The translations under genes were made by a program, and so were the position numbers. Positions 9,086 through 18,985 of a DNA stretch of 64,000 bases are shown in pieces; position 1 is the first letter of the stretch, and each line of letters begins with the position of its first letter. Location: the NCBI GenBank assembly GCA_963828195.1, contig CAWHDT010000003.1:192001-256000 (forward strand). Direction: 5' to 3'. This stretch comes from Candidatus Bathyarchaeota archaeon. Lineage in GTDB: Archaea; Thermoproteota; Bathyarchaeia; Bathyarchaeales; Bathycorpusculaceae. Under the pieces are notes generated by a model. It saw nothing but the letters and a program-made list of their open reading frames with translations, did not search any database and was not told the DNA's origin.

Positions 9086-10090
9086 ATGTTCGGAAGGGAT
9101 AAAGTTACTTTGAAAAAGATCATAACAGCCGTAATTATTGTGGCTTTAGTCTTAGCTGCATTTACCGTTTTATCGACAACGCCAGTGAAGGCGCAAGCGT
9201 CAGAAGCCCAAGTTCTGAGCTACACTTGGTACGTGGCTCCGGCAGACACCTCCTTGGCAGAGTACGCTGGTGATTTGGTCGCCGTTGGCGAAATACAGAA
9301 CGTCGGCTCAGGCGTCCTCGCTCAAGTGGACGTCTCAGGCACGGCTTATAACGGAACAGGTTCCAACGCCACGGTTTTGAATCAAAACAGTAATTCAGTT
9401 TTCGGAAATAATCTGCTCCCTGGCCAGAAGGCTCCTTTCTACATAGATTTCCCGCCTGAAGATAGCGTTACTCAAGATCAAACCTACATTCCTTTAGTAA
9501 GTAACGTTTCCGTTGTAGTATCATACGTCGAAGACTCCAACTCAACTCCATACACGGACTTAACAACTACAGGCGTCACTTCTTTTCTGGATAACACTGG
9601 AACCTTCAATGTTCAAGGAACCATACAGAACACAGGCACCCAAACAGTTCAACAAATAGTGGCTGTTACAACGTTTTATAATGCTACAGGGCAAGTTGTA
9701 TCTTTAAACTTCACAAATTACTTAACAGATGCATCTGGCAGTAGTTCGCTCACCCCAGACGACTCTATGCAGTTTACAGCAACACCTACAGACAATTCAG
9801 CTGCCCTATCAAGTGAAATAGCAAATTACTCAGTACTAGTCGAGTCCTCACTGCCCGTATCAACTACTCCCACATCTACCCCGACAACCACGGCGACGCC
9901 TTCATCCTCAAGCACCACCACACCCACTCAAACTCCAACCCAAATATCTCCAGCCGTAACCTATGGCATAATAGCCATAGTTGTGGTAGTTGTAGTTGCA
10001 CTCGTAGCTTTGCTGTTCCTCAGAAAGCGCGGCACACACGCAGAGGCTGAACCTCCGCCACCGCCGCCCCCACCGCCGCCTCCAACCTAA
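9086..10090 (+). CDS. Membrane-anchored surface protein with two FxLYD-like Ig domains
   Basis: Signal peptide, repeated GEIQNVG/GTIQNTG...TFYN...LxP motifs, Thr linker, C-terminal TM and poly-Pro tail. Confidence 0.7.
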   Translation: MFGRDKVTLKKIITAVIIVALVLAAFTVLSTTPVKAQASEAQVLSYTWYVAPADTSLAEYAGDLVAVGEIQNVGSGVLAQVDVSGTAYNGTGSNATVLNQNSNSVFGNNLLPGQKAPFYIDFPPEDSVTQDQTYIPLVSNVSVVVSYVEDSNSTPYTDLTTTGVTSFLDNTGTFNVQGTIQNTGTQTVQQIVAVTTFYNATGQVVSLNFTNYLTDASGSSSLTPDDSMQFTATPTDNSAALSSEIANYSVLVESSLPVSTTPTSTPTTTATPSSSSTTTPTQTPTQISPAVTYGIIAIVVVVVVALVALLFLRKRGTHAEAEPPPPPPPPPPPT

Positions 10091-10131
10091 TTTTTTCTTT
10101 CAGTTAAAATGCGCCTGATATTTTTTTGACG

Positions 10132-11316
10132 CTACATTCTTGTGTGAATCTCAACTATATCTCCATCTTCCAATAGGAAGCCTAAACCGACCTTTTTGGG
10201 GCTAAAGGGCAAACGCTTCGCCCATACCATCGCAAACATAAAGTTTTCCAACATTTCCTTATGAATATTCTTCGTCAAATCATTGATTGTTGCTCCATGT
10301 TTTAGGACAAACGGGTGGCCAGTATCCTCTTTTGAGCCAGGCTCTTTGGTGTAGACGCGAATAACCTTTAGGCTTTCCAAAAGTGTTCGCCCCAATTCGT
10401 TAATGCCGGTTTTTTGTTCACATGACATCGCAACTATAGGCAGCCGCCCATTCACATACTGTTTTAAAAGCTTAAGATTCGCCTCTGCACCCTTCAAATC
10501 CAGCTTATTCGCCACAACCACCGCCGGCTTATACGTCGTGGTTTCGAAAATTGCGTCCTCCACGTCATCAAGCCGCACTTCACCGCTGATTCGCACGATA
10601 GCATCATGTATCTTGTAGCTGCGCAGCAAATCCTCAACATCCTGCATGCTGCAGTCCAGAAGCTTCCCTACAAGAATAACCCTCAACGCGGCGCCAGCAT
10701 GACGGCGGTCAATATCGACTTTGCCGCTGGGTTTACTTACAAGTACACGGCTTTTCTCCAACTCAGCCAAAACCAGCTCCAGCTGCTCAATGGGGTCACG
10801 GGACAAATCAACCATCAAAATCACGCCGTCTGCATTCCGCGCTAAACCAAGCGTGACATGACCGGCTGCACGCCCATCCGCACTGCCTTTCATCACCGCC
10901 GGCGCCTCAACAATCTGAAACTGCACATCTGAATAACTCATTATGCCCGGCACTGGCTCATGAGTGCTGAAGGGCGTGGGCGTGACCACCACTTTGGAAT
11001 GTGTGGTGGCGCTCATAAGGCAGCTTTTGCCCACGTTGGTCATGCCGATCAAAGCGATCTGTGCTGAACCTTCTTTCTCAACAAAAAGCTTCGGTCCGCC
11101 GCTGCTTTTCCCCGTGCCCATGCGTTTCTTCTTGTCCAAATCCGCGCGGATAAGAGAAATTTTCCTGTTCATTTCGCCGCGGAGCTTCATGGTGCCTTTG
11201 TGGTGAGGAACATACTTTAGGAACTCAATCATGGCATCCATTTTTTCTCTAGGCGTATGAGCAGCTTCAACTAGCTCCCATTTATCCATCGCTTCAGGCG
11301 GCAAATTAGTCGGCAT
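10132..11316 (-). CDS. DRG/OBG-family GTPase with TGS domain
   Basis: MPTNLP...HKGT, GMTNVGKS, ANKLD and IRVYTK...DGDIVEIH motifs. Confidence 0.93.
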   Translation of the reverse strand: MPTNLPPEAMDKWELVEAAHTPREKMDAMIEFLKYVPHHKGTMKLRGEMNRKISLIRADLDKKKRMGTGKSSGGPKLFVEKEGSAQIALIGMTNVGKSCLMSATTHSKVVVTPTPFSTHEPVPGIMSYSDVQFQIVEAPAVMKGSADGRAAGHVTLGLARNADGVILMVDLSRDPIEQLELVLAELEKSRVLVSKPSGKVDIDRRHAGAALRVILVGKLLDCSMQDVEDLLRSYKIHDAIVRISGEVRLDDVEDAIFETTTYKPAVVVANKLDLKGAEANLKLLKQYVNGRLPIVAMSCEQKTGINELGRTLLESLKVIRVYTKEPGSKEDTGHPFVLKHGATINDLTKNIHKEMLENFMFAMVWAKRLPFSPKKVGLGFLLEDGDIVEIHTRM

Positions 11317-11496
11317 TTAAACTTCGCAAATACTATCGGCAAGACACGTTTAAGACTATTTCTAATTTAAAGACGCAAATTAACCTGAAAAGCAGCAAAA
11401 TCGCTTTGGAAAAACAGTCTGTTTTAATAGGTTTGTAATGCTTAACGTTCTAGTGAACGCTAAGTGTTTTTAGTTCAGCAAAACTAAGGAAATTTT

Positions 11497-12768
11497 ATGC
11501 CCAGGCTTCATCTAAACCGAGACTTCATAATTGTTATCTTGAGCGTTTTGGTACAGGTGCCGTTAGCCGTTTTTCTGGGGCATTACTATGACGAAAGATC
11601 CTTCATAGATACAGGTTACCTGGTGAGCTCCGGGTTAAACCCTTATACACCGCATTTAATCACGGTTTTCTCCAGCCCATCTCTGCAGGGAACTAACCCC
11701 ATAATAGGGTACCCGCCCCTGTGGCCGCTGCTTTTAGGCCTGATCTATCGATTAACATACAATATTGTGCCCAACATCTTTCTCTACAATTTCGCCATCA
11801 AAATTCCAGTCATTATTAGCAACATAGGCTTAGCGCACTTAACCAGATCTATTCTGAGAAAAACGGGAGCTTCCCCGAAAAAAACCCGGTTTGCTTGGCT
11901 TTTTCTTTTGTTTAACCCCTTTACGTTGCTGACCACTACCGCTTGGGGAGAATTTGACACATTAATCGCGTTGCTATGTGTTGCATCAATTTATTTTTTA
12001 AGCAAATGCATGGTTGGGAAATCCTCACTGCTTCTCTCGCTCAGTCTAGTCCTAAAACCCGTAGCGTTTCCCCTAATCGGTTTGCCTTTTCTCTGCCTTC
12101 CATCCCAAAAACTAAAGAAATTCACGATGTACATTGCCATCGCCGTCGGGGTTTTGTTGGCGTTGTGGTTTTTGCCTTTTTACCTGCTTGGCTGGATGAC
12201 TCCCTCATCTGGCTTTCAGGTTACCTCATACTTCAGAATGGCAGGCGGCATGACCGTCTTCAACATCGTGGAGCTCCTGAAGGACCAAACTACGTTTCCT
12301 GCGGGTTTACAGTTTTTAGGTTACCTATGGATCCCAGCTTTGTTAATCGCATATTATTTTGTTTACCGCAACCCGCCAAAGTCCCTTCTTGCAATCACCC
12401 AAGTATCGGTGGGGTTGCTTCTTGTTTTTTTCTTAACTCGCTCTTGGCTCTCAGAACCAAACATCAACGTTGTTCTTCCACTGGCGATCATAGCCGTCTC
12501 GCTCAAAGAAATGAAGTTCCGCAACTTCCATTTTCTCTGGGTAATCCCCCTCGTTTTTATGTTTCTCTCAACCAATTTTTTCCAACTATTTTTCCTCATT
12601 TCACCCCAATCGCTTGTTTCAACAGGTCTCCAAATCGAACACAGCGTAAGGACATGGAGACTTCTCGCAAGATTGTTAATCATGGTTGTTTGGCAGGTTT
12701 TCGCGTGGATACTAGTTGTTGAAATGTTCAACCGAAAGAAAAACTCGGACGAGAACCCAAAATCGTAG
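11497..12768 (+). CDS. GT-C fold membrane glycosyltransferase (GT87/PIG-M-like)
   Basis: Polytopic membrane protein with GHYYD, YPPLW, FNP...WGEFD and LK motifs. Confidence 0.7.
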   Translation: MPRLHLNRDFIIVILSVLVQVPLAVFLGHYYDERSFIDTGYLVSSGLNPYTPHLITVFSSPSLQGTNPIIGYPPLWPLLLGLIYRLTYNIVPNIFLYNFAIKIPVIISNIGLAHLTRSILRKTGASPKKTRFAWLFLLFNPFTLLTTTAWGEFDTLIALLCVASIYFLSKCMVGKSSLLLSLSLVLKPVAFPLIGLPFLCLPSQKLKKFTMYIAIAVGVLLALWFLPFYLLGWMTPSSGFQVTSYFRMAGGMTVFNIVELLKDQTTFPAGLQFLGYLWIPALLIAYYFVYRNPPKSLLAITQVSVGLLLVFFLTRSWLSEPNINVVLPLAIIAVSLKEMKFRNFHFLWVIPLVFMFLSTNFFQLFFLISPQSLVSTGLQIEHSVRTWRLLARLLIMVVWQVFAWILVVEMFNRKKNSDENPKS

Positions 12769-12774
12769 CCCAAA

Positions 12775-13947
12775 CTATTTTTGGATTACCTCAAACGTTT
12801 TGGGTTTTTTGATGAGCGCAAATATCGGTGTTGTGCATTCAAGCAAGCCTATTACAATTGCCGACACTAAAGCTAAGAAATGGAAGCTTATCCTCTTTTT
12901 TAGAGAAAGATACTTGCCGTTTAAAAAAGCGCCGATTTGATAAGAAAAAAGCCACATGAGACTCGTCAGGGAAAAGAAAACCCTTAGCGGAAACGGCATG
13001 TATTGGGGAGTGAAGAAGGCGACAATAGAGATTATTCCCGAGATTAACCCCGAAGTCCAAATTAAAGCTCTGAGGCTTTGTCTGATTTTCTCTTTGGTGC
13101 AGAAATATTTGAAATTCTGAATTAAACCGTAGAACCATCTTCTGCGCTGTTTAAACAAATCTTTGACGGTTAAAGGGCTTTTTTCCTCAACAACTCCGCC
13201 GTGCCAACCAAAAGCTTCGGAGCCATATTTGATCTTGGCATTGATTGCGAACAGCGTGTCTTCAGCAAAAGTTATTCCGTTTGCCCAGCTGACTTCCTCT
13301 TCAATATCGCTTCTCACCAGAAGGTTTGACCCGTGGATGTAAGCTGGGTTGCCGCTGTGCATAAACTCGAGGCATTCAAAGCAGCAGAACGGTCTAAGAG
13401 TATCCATTAGATTTGAAATTTTAAGGTCTTCTTTTTCGCGGACCGGATAAACAATTAAGCCTTCACTTATCGGCTTAGGGTTGTCCCCCTCCAAATATGA
13501 AAGAATGCTGCATAGGGTTTGTTTTGTAATTAAACTTTCATCGTCAAGATGAAAAACGTAAACATCCTTGCTAGCCAGTTTTTCTTCTCTGCGGACTTCA
13601 ACAGCGTACTGAAGTGCTCGGCCTTTATTGATTGCGTTGCAGGAAAAGTCTTGGGGGACAACTATTGTTCTGCACCCGTCAAATTTTTCTTGCGCGTCAG
13701 TGACGGCCCAAACACTGTATTTTGTGTAGCCGATTTCTTTGCAGACAGCGTTTATTCGGTTAATGGTTTCTTGCACCACTCCGATGTTGCCTTTAGTGGT
13801 CACTTGGAAGATTATTTTTGGGGTCCCGAATCTTTCTTTCTCTGGCTTTGCAATCAGTTTTGAGCGATGCGCAAATATGTAAAAGTAAAATCTTACGAAT
13901 AAAAACGAGGTTAGAATCCATATTACCCACAGGTAATCCCAAAACAC
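12775..13947 (-). CDS. Glycosyltransferase family 2 with C-terminal TM helices
   Basis: KGRALQY, HLDDES (DxD), AED and QRRRW motifs. Confidence 0.88.
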   Translation of the reverse strand: MFWDYLWVIWILTSFLFVRFYFYIFAHRSKLIAKPEKERFGTPKIIFQVTTKGNIGVVQETINRINAVCKEIGYTKYSVWAVTDAQEKFDGCRTIVVPQDFSCNAINKGRALQYAVEVRREEKLASKDVYVFHLDDESLITKQTLCSILSYLEGDNPKPISEGLIVYPVREKEDLKISNLMDTLRPFCCFECLEFMHSGNPAYIHGSNLLVRSDIEEEVSWANGITFAEDTLFAINAKIKYGSEAFGWHGGVVEEKSPLTVKDLFKQRRRWFYGLIQNFKYFCTKEKIRQSLRALIWTSGLISGIISIVAFFTPQYMPFPLRVFFSLTSLMWLFSYQIGAFLNGKYLSLKKRISFHFLALVSAIVIGLLECTTPIFALIKKPKTFEVIQK

Positions 13948-14134
13948 AAACTTTAACTCCGTCTATCCCTAATATTTTATTTGAGTCTAAGAAACAGTCT
14001 TATTTTGACGAGAAGATGTTAACATAATAGTTAAGGCACCATATCTATTAAATATTAAGTAATTTAAGAGCCTAAAAAACGATTCAAATTGATTGCACAA
14101 ATTTTTATTTCAAATAAATATTGAAGGAACAAAC

Positions 14135-15034
14135 ATGTATGCAGGAACATGCATCCCACAGTTGCATCAGATTAATCTTCAAAAGCAGATTACTGTCCCG
14201 CTTGCCAAGGGTTTATCAGTTCGACTCTACGAGGACACGCGTCCCCACTGCATGGAAACGGCAGCTCTCCAAAAAGGCCTCATACTTATGCTCGACAACC
14301 AAGAGTTAGTGGACGAGGGGCTCGGCTTCGGGGTCCCGGTCGCCAAATACAGCGATAAAACCTACTTTTCCAGTTCAGCGGAAGTATCAATTCAAGAAAC
14401 CTCCGTTGCAGTCAGCTTAAAAAAAACTTATATTTTAGACACAATCTCAAAAAAGAAGCTCGGGAAAACCTCATACATCGATGATGGGGTTTACTCGTCT
14501 ATGCGAAAAAGCTTCGAAAAACTGTATTTGACCCGAAAAAAACTGTCGCCTATCTTTAACCGCGTTATGGAGCTGCGTGAATTAGCAAAAATTAAAACTG
14601 AATTCATCAAAGTTAAACCCAGAGGCGTCGTAACTGTAGATTACGAAGTTCAACCCTCCTCCATCAACGTGAACTTTGACTTTTCAGGTTTAACGTTGGC
14701 TGGCTGCGAAGAAGTTTTGGTTTTAAATGAGCAAGGCTCAACCACATTTGAAAAATATGCGGACACAAGCGGCTCAAATCTGTCCAGAAGAGCAATTGGA
14801 GCATGGGATGCCGTGGCAGCACAGAGGGCGGCAATGATGAATGCTGAGGAGCAGTTTTCGTTCGTTCTAAAGAGAATCCGCGGAGCCAAGCTGTTTAGAG
14901 GGTGGGAAAGAACAAGGAACCGCTTTTCGTGGGCAGGATTAAGTTATTCCATGCAGCCTAATCACGGAACTTTTGCTTATGCAATCAGATTAGATTCCAA
15001 AAAACATTTTGACGATTGTTCAGTGGAAAGTTAA
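14135..15034 (+). CDS. Conserved hypothetical protein
   Basis: Long ORF with LQKGL, EGLGFGVP and WAGLSY segments; start position uncertain. Confidence 0.6.
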   Translation: MYAGTCIPQLHQINLQKQITVPLAKGLSVRLYEDTRPHCMETAALQKGLILMLDNQELVDEGLGFGVPVAKYSDKTYFSSSAEVSIQETSVAVSLKKTYILDTISKKKLGKTSYIDDGVYSSMRKSFEKLYLTRKKLSPIFNRVMELRELAKIKTEFIKVKPRGVVTVDYEVQPSSINVNFDFSGLTLAGCEEVLVLNEQGSTTFEKYADTSGSNLSRRAIGAWDAVAAQRAAMMNAEEQFSFVLKRIRGAKLFRGWERTRNRFSWAGLSYSMQPNHGTFAYAIRLDSKKHFDDCSVES

Positions 15035-15182
15035 TTGTTCATATTAAACAGCGCCAGAATTAAAGGGGAAAAACCAAAAATGTTCAGTGATCGTCTGAAT
15101 TGCTGTAAATGTGAAAAATTGTCAGGCTTCGAAAAAATTTTATCTTGTATTTATTGACACATAAGATATTGGAAAGTTTTTT

Positions 15183-16883
15183 ATGCTCTCTCAACCTCTA
15201 TATATGGTGAGGGGAGTAAATAAGATAGTAAAATCTATCGATGTTGCTCAATCACAGCCAGAAAAGCAGACCTCCCCATTAATTCATTCTTCACAAAACC
15301 GTTTCGCGGCAAAACTAGATAGGATCGATGAAAGCGGGGTTTTGCTTGAAGAGCTTGGAATAAGCCGCGAACAGTTCAAAATTTTATTCGGTAATCTTCC
15401 TCAAGGTGTGGCTCTGTATAAAATGGTTTATGACGAAAAAGGCGAGCCTGTTGACTTTATTCTTCTTGAGAGCAACGAAGTCTATGAGGGTATTCACTGT
15501 TTTAAGCGTGAACGAATAGGCAAAAGAGCAACTCAGTTTAATCCCCAAATTAAAGATGACCCCTTGGATTGGATAGGGGTTTACGGCAGGGTTGCCACCT
15601 CTGGTGTGCCCGAACAACTGGAAATGTATTGTAAGCCTACAGATAAATGGTATCATCTGTATACTTACAGCCCCAAAAAGACTTTTTTCGTTGCCGTGTT
15701 TATGGATATAACTGAGCAGAAAAAGAAAAAGGCGAAAGAACTTGAGGAACAAAATAAGTTCGAGCAGCAGCTTATTTTTTCAGAAGAAAAATATCGGCGC
15801 CTCTACGAAACTTCTCAAGATGGAATTATGGCAAGGGATACTGAGGGGCGAATGATTGACTGCAATAAAGCCTACGCGAAAATGCTTGGTTACACAAAAA
15901 AAGAATTAAGACAAATATCCGTCCAGCAGCTATTACCTGCGAAGTGGTATGAGCAGAGAGAAAAAATCGTTAACCAAGTTTTAGCTACAGGCTGCTCAAT
16001 CGTTTTCGAAAGAGAATACACACGCAAAGACGACTCGGTTTTTCCAGCTTCTGTCAGAACATGGCGTCTGACTGATGGAAAAGGAAAAGTGATTGGCATT
16101 TGGTCGATTGTTCGGGATATTACTGAGCAGAAGAATTCTCAGAAAAACCTGTTCGACCACGCGGTCGATCTGGAAAAAATAGTTGATGAGCGAACAAAGC
16201 AGCTTAAAGACGCTGAGCGTTTAGCGGCGATTGGGCAAACTGCAGCCATGGTTGGGCATGACCTTCGTAATCCACTGCAGTCAATAACGGGCGAATTGTA
16301 TCTGGCTAAAGGCGAGGTTGAATCGCTTCCCCAAGGTGAACTTAAAAGTAATTTGCTGGAGAGCATAAAGACAATTGAAGAGCAAGCAGCTTACATGGAC
16401 AAGATTGTTTCGGATCTGCAAGCGTTCGTGCGGCCCGTCAGGATAGATAAACAGCCAATCAGCTTGGTTGAGCTCATCACTGGAGTTTTAGCGTCCATTG
16501 TGATCCCAGAGAACGTCAGCGTTAACGTTTGCATGAAAGCAGATTTTCCACAGGTAAAAGCTGATCCACAACTCCTCAAGCGGGTTCTAATTAATCTTGT
16601 AACTAACGCGGTGCAAGCCATGCCAGCAGGGGGGCAGCTCACAATAGGCGCGGAAGTTAACATGCCCGGTCAAGTGACTGTAACGGTGGAGGATACAGGC
16701 GTAGGCATATCTGAAAAAATCAAAGCCCAAATCTTCACGCCATTGTTCACTACTAAACCAAGGGGGCAAGGGTTCGGCTTAGCCGTCTGCAAACGAGTAA
16801 TAGAAGCGCACGGCGGCACCATAAATTTTGAAAGCCGAGAGGGCAAAGGAACAAAATTCACCCTTCAGTTTCCAGCAAGTTAA
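15183..16883 (+). CDS. PAS-domain sensor histidine kinase
   Basis: Two PAS/PAC repeats, H-box VGHDLRNPL, N-box NLVTNA, and DTGVG, FTTK and GFGL boxes. Confidence 0.95.
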   Translation: MLSQPLYMVRGVNKIVKSIDVAQSQPEKQTSPLIHSSQNRFAAKLDRIDESGVLLEELGISREQFKILFGNLPQGVALYKMVYDEKGEPVDFILLESNEVYEGIHCFKRERIGKRATQFNPQIKDDPLDWIGVYGRVATSGVPEQLEMYCKPTDKWYHLYTYSPKKTFFVAVFMDITEQKKKKAKELEEQNKFEQQLIFSEEKYRRLYETSQDGIMARDTEGRMIDCNKAYAKMLGYTKKELRQISVQQLLPAKWYEQREKIVNQVLATGCSIVFEREYTRKDDSVFPASVRTWRLTDGKGKVIGIWSIVRDITEQKNSQKNLFDHAVDLEKIVDERTKQLKDAERLAAIGQTAAMVGHDLRNPLQSITGELYLAKGEVESLPQGELKSNLLESIKTIEEQAAYMDKIVSDLQAFVRPVRIDKQPISLVELITGVLASIVIPENVSVNVCMKADFPQVKADPQLLKRVLINLVTNAVQAMPAGGQLTIGAEVNMPGQVTVTVEDTGVGISEKIKAQIFTPLFTTKPRGQGFGLAVCKRVIEAHGGTINFESREGKGTKFTLQFPAS

Positions 16884-17191
16884 ATCTCAGCCATTTCCTT
16901 CTGTTCGGCTGTTCCTTTCAATTTCTCCCTTAAGCTGTAGAGGAAGGCTAGGAACCAGAACGCGACGGTTGCCCACCCTACAGTGAAACTGACATAGTTG
17001 CCCAGCAGGTAATAAGCCACTTCGAAGCCAACGATGGATACGAACGTTAAGAAAGAACCTACGATGCTGTAGCCGCGGAGGACTTTTCTGTTTTTAATCA
17101 CTGCTCTAAACATTAGCATTAAGGCGGAAAAATTGACTATGCTGGCGAAACTTAAAGCTAAATTAGCTGCGTTCATCTGCTTTTTCCTCAT
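16880..17191 (-). CDS. Small 3-TM membrane protein
   Basis: Three hydrophobic helices. Confidence 0.6.
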   Translation of the reverse strand: MRKKQMNAANLALSFASIVNFSALMLMFRAVIKNRKVLRGYSIVGSFLTFVSIVGFEVAYYLLGNYVSFTVGWATVAFWFLAFLYSLREKLKGTAEQKEMAEI

Positions 17192-17315
17192 GCCACAACG
17201 TTTTTGTATAACTTAAAACTTGCGCACCGACCAAGCTCTAAGCTGTAAAATACCTTAAATCCAATTACGACAATTGTAAGCTATTCGGCGAAAAGAGAGG
17301 GGGGAATTAGAAAAA

Positions 17316-17450
17316 TTGATTTCGCGTGATTGTGACGGCTGCACACAGCAACATCCATGTATTCTGCGTTACCGCCGAGTTTCTTTAGGCGAAAAAGTCT
17401 ATTGCCCCGATGGAACAGTGCACCTAGTAGACAACGCAAGCATGGCATAA
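17316..17450 (+). CDS. 44-aa Cys/His-rich metal-binding microprotein (not in the ORF track)
   Basis: TTG start; MISRDCDGCTQQHPCILRYRRVSLGEKVYCPDGTVHLVDNASMA*; GAGAGGGGGG RBS upstream. Confidence 0.65.
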   Translation: MISRDCDGCTQQHPCILRYRRVSLGEKVYCPDGTVHLVDNASMA

Positions 17451-17635
17451 GGGCACGCAAAGTAAGAAGAGTAGCCTAAGTATTCTTCACCCGCTTTATT
17501 TTTTCAAGTCCTTGAATGGCATTGGTTTTTTGTTGTTGAAATTGAGTGCTAATAGTAGGTCTATAGGAAGCGCTTTGTGAATCGGGTTTGTTGCGTTTGC
17601 TATTAGGGAGGGGTTTTTTTACGGAACATGGATTT

Positions 17636-18151
17636 TCATGGAGACTTCATTAACCCCATTTTGAGAAGCATGGTGTATTTCCCTTTAATCCAAAGCATGT
17701 TCCTCAACGTCGTTATCCCCATCAATATTTCGCTCAACTGCTTGAACTGCGCTTCATCAGGAGAAAGCTTCGATTCGCATTCTTTACTCAAAATAACAAA
17801 CTGCGCACTGCGTCCACACATCAACCTGACCTCTTCGATTTCCTCATAAGTGTAGAAACAGCTTTTTTTGCTGAGCCGCAACATGTCGTCCAAAGGCATG
17901 TCTTTGATTTTTTCATCAATCGATTCCCCCTTCTGTGCTTTTTCGCTGTGCGATTCCATGGGCGGAGGCACACCGAACACTGAAGGCATTATGGATAGCG
18001 GCCCTGATGCGTCGGATTCAAAACGATCCGACCTACCCATGCAAACAATCGCAACACGCCTGTCAGTAAAATAAACATCATACCTAGCGTTAACATCAAC
18101 GGGCAAGACAACGTCTTTAACAATTCCCAACACCTTTTCGGAACTTGACAT
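17636..18151 (-). CDS. Hypothetical protein (possible PH-like fold)
   Basis: YDVYFTDRRVAIV...YEEIEEVRL pattern; GGAG RBS. Confidence 0.6.
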   Translation of the reverse strand: MSSSEKVLGIVKDVVLPVDVNARYDVYFTDRRVAIVCMGRSDRFESDASGPLSIMPSVFGVPPPMESHSEKAQKGESIDEKIKDMPLDDMLRLSKKSCFYTYEEIEEVRLMCGRSAQFVILSKECESKLSPDEAQFKQLSEILMGITTLRNMLWIKGKYTMLLKMGLMKSP

Positions 18152-18330
18152 GCATTAAGTCTCCAGTCAAAAGGTTCTTGCTTTTGCTGGTTCATAAGTT
18201 TTCTTACGTTTTTGCGACAGATCCGGTTGAAAACTGGCGGCGGGAAATAGGATTTAAGCCGATGATCTTAAGATTATCCTATTTTATTTTTTGGTAGGAA
18301 ATTTTTTAGGGTAGGATTTTCTTTTAAAGT

Positions 18331-18582
18331 TTGATTGAAATCATGCGAACTTTGGATGCCCACTTGGTGAAAGTTACGAGGAGAGGACAGATTACGATCC
18401 CTTTGAAGATTAGGCAGCAGTGCGGAATCAAAGAGGGCGACAAATTACTGGTAGAAGTTACAGAAAAAGGAATACTCTTCGAGCCAATACCAAAGCTATC
18501 GGATATGGCGGGAATCGATGTCGGGTGCGCTACAGTGGATGAAGTAGACAAAATGATTGATAAGCTCAGAGAAGAGTACTGA
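18331..18582 (+). CDS. AbrB/MazE-family antitoxin or regulator with no adjacent toxin
   Basis: KVTRRGQITIP...GIKEGD motif. Confidence 0.85.
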   Translation: MIEIMRTLDAHLVKVTRRGQITIPLKIRQQCGIKEGDKLLVEVTEKGILFEPIPKLSDMAGIDVGCATVDEVDKMIDKLREEY

Positions 18583-18632
18583 CTTAAAAGAAGAAACAAA
18601 ACGAGTCTGGATTTAACAATTAACAAAAATAG

Positions 18633-18657
18633 TGGACGTGCCGGGATTTGAACCCGC
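18633..18657 (-). repeat. tRNA 3'-end fragment (att-like relic)
   Basis: The reverse complement GCGGGTTCAAATCCCGGCACGTCCA matches the spliced 3' end of the neighbouring tRNA-Ala at 22 of 25 positions. Confidence 0.6.
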
Positions 18658-18740
18658 CACAAGAGCGCTGCAATTGCTTCTGTGTCATTCTTTTGATGCA
18701 TAATGCTTAAATTGTTTTTGTTCGTGCTATGTGTGGCTGA

Positions 18741-18845
18741 GGGCTGGTAGATCAGTCTGGTATGATCGCCACGTTGGCATCGTGGAGGTCGCGGGAAGCA
18801 CGGCAGTTTCGGCTGTGCTCGCGAATTCAAATCCCGCCCAGTCCA
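18741..18845 (+). tRNA. tRNA-Ala(GGC) with a 30-nt non-canonical intron at 53/54 (18796-18825)
   Basis: Acceptor GGGCTGG/CCAGTCC with G3:U70 and anticodon arm CCACG-TTGGCAT-CGTGG. The intron forms a CGCG/CGCG helix with two 3-nt bulges; removing it restores GCGGG-TTCAAAT-CCCGC. Confidence 0.92.
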
Positions 18846-18985
18846 TTCTGGAGCGGAAGGGGAGATCCCTTCCCAGCCCATCCTCCTAACTTTCTGCAGT
18901 GTTTTATGGAAATTTCCCCTCATCTCTGACGGCGTAGCTTTTTATAATGCAACTGCAAATAGAGAAGCCAAGCAAGGTGCAAAAG

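Noticed and set aside
11976-12722. 248-aa alternative-frame ORF
   Set aside because: It lies wholly inside the glycosyltransferase gene and has no protein-like motifs.
18324-18923. 199-aa minus-strand ORF
   Set aside because: It is antisense to the AbrB gene and tRNA-Ala; a shadow ORF.
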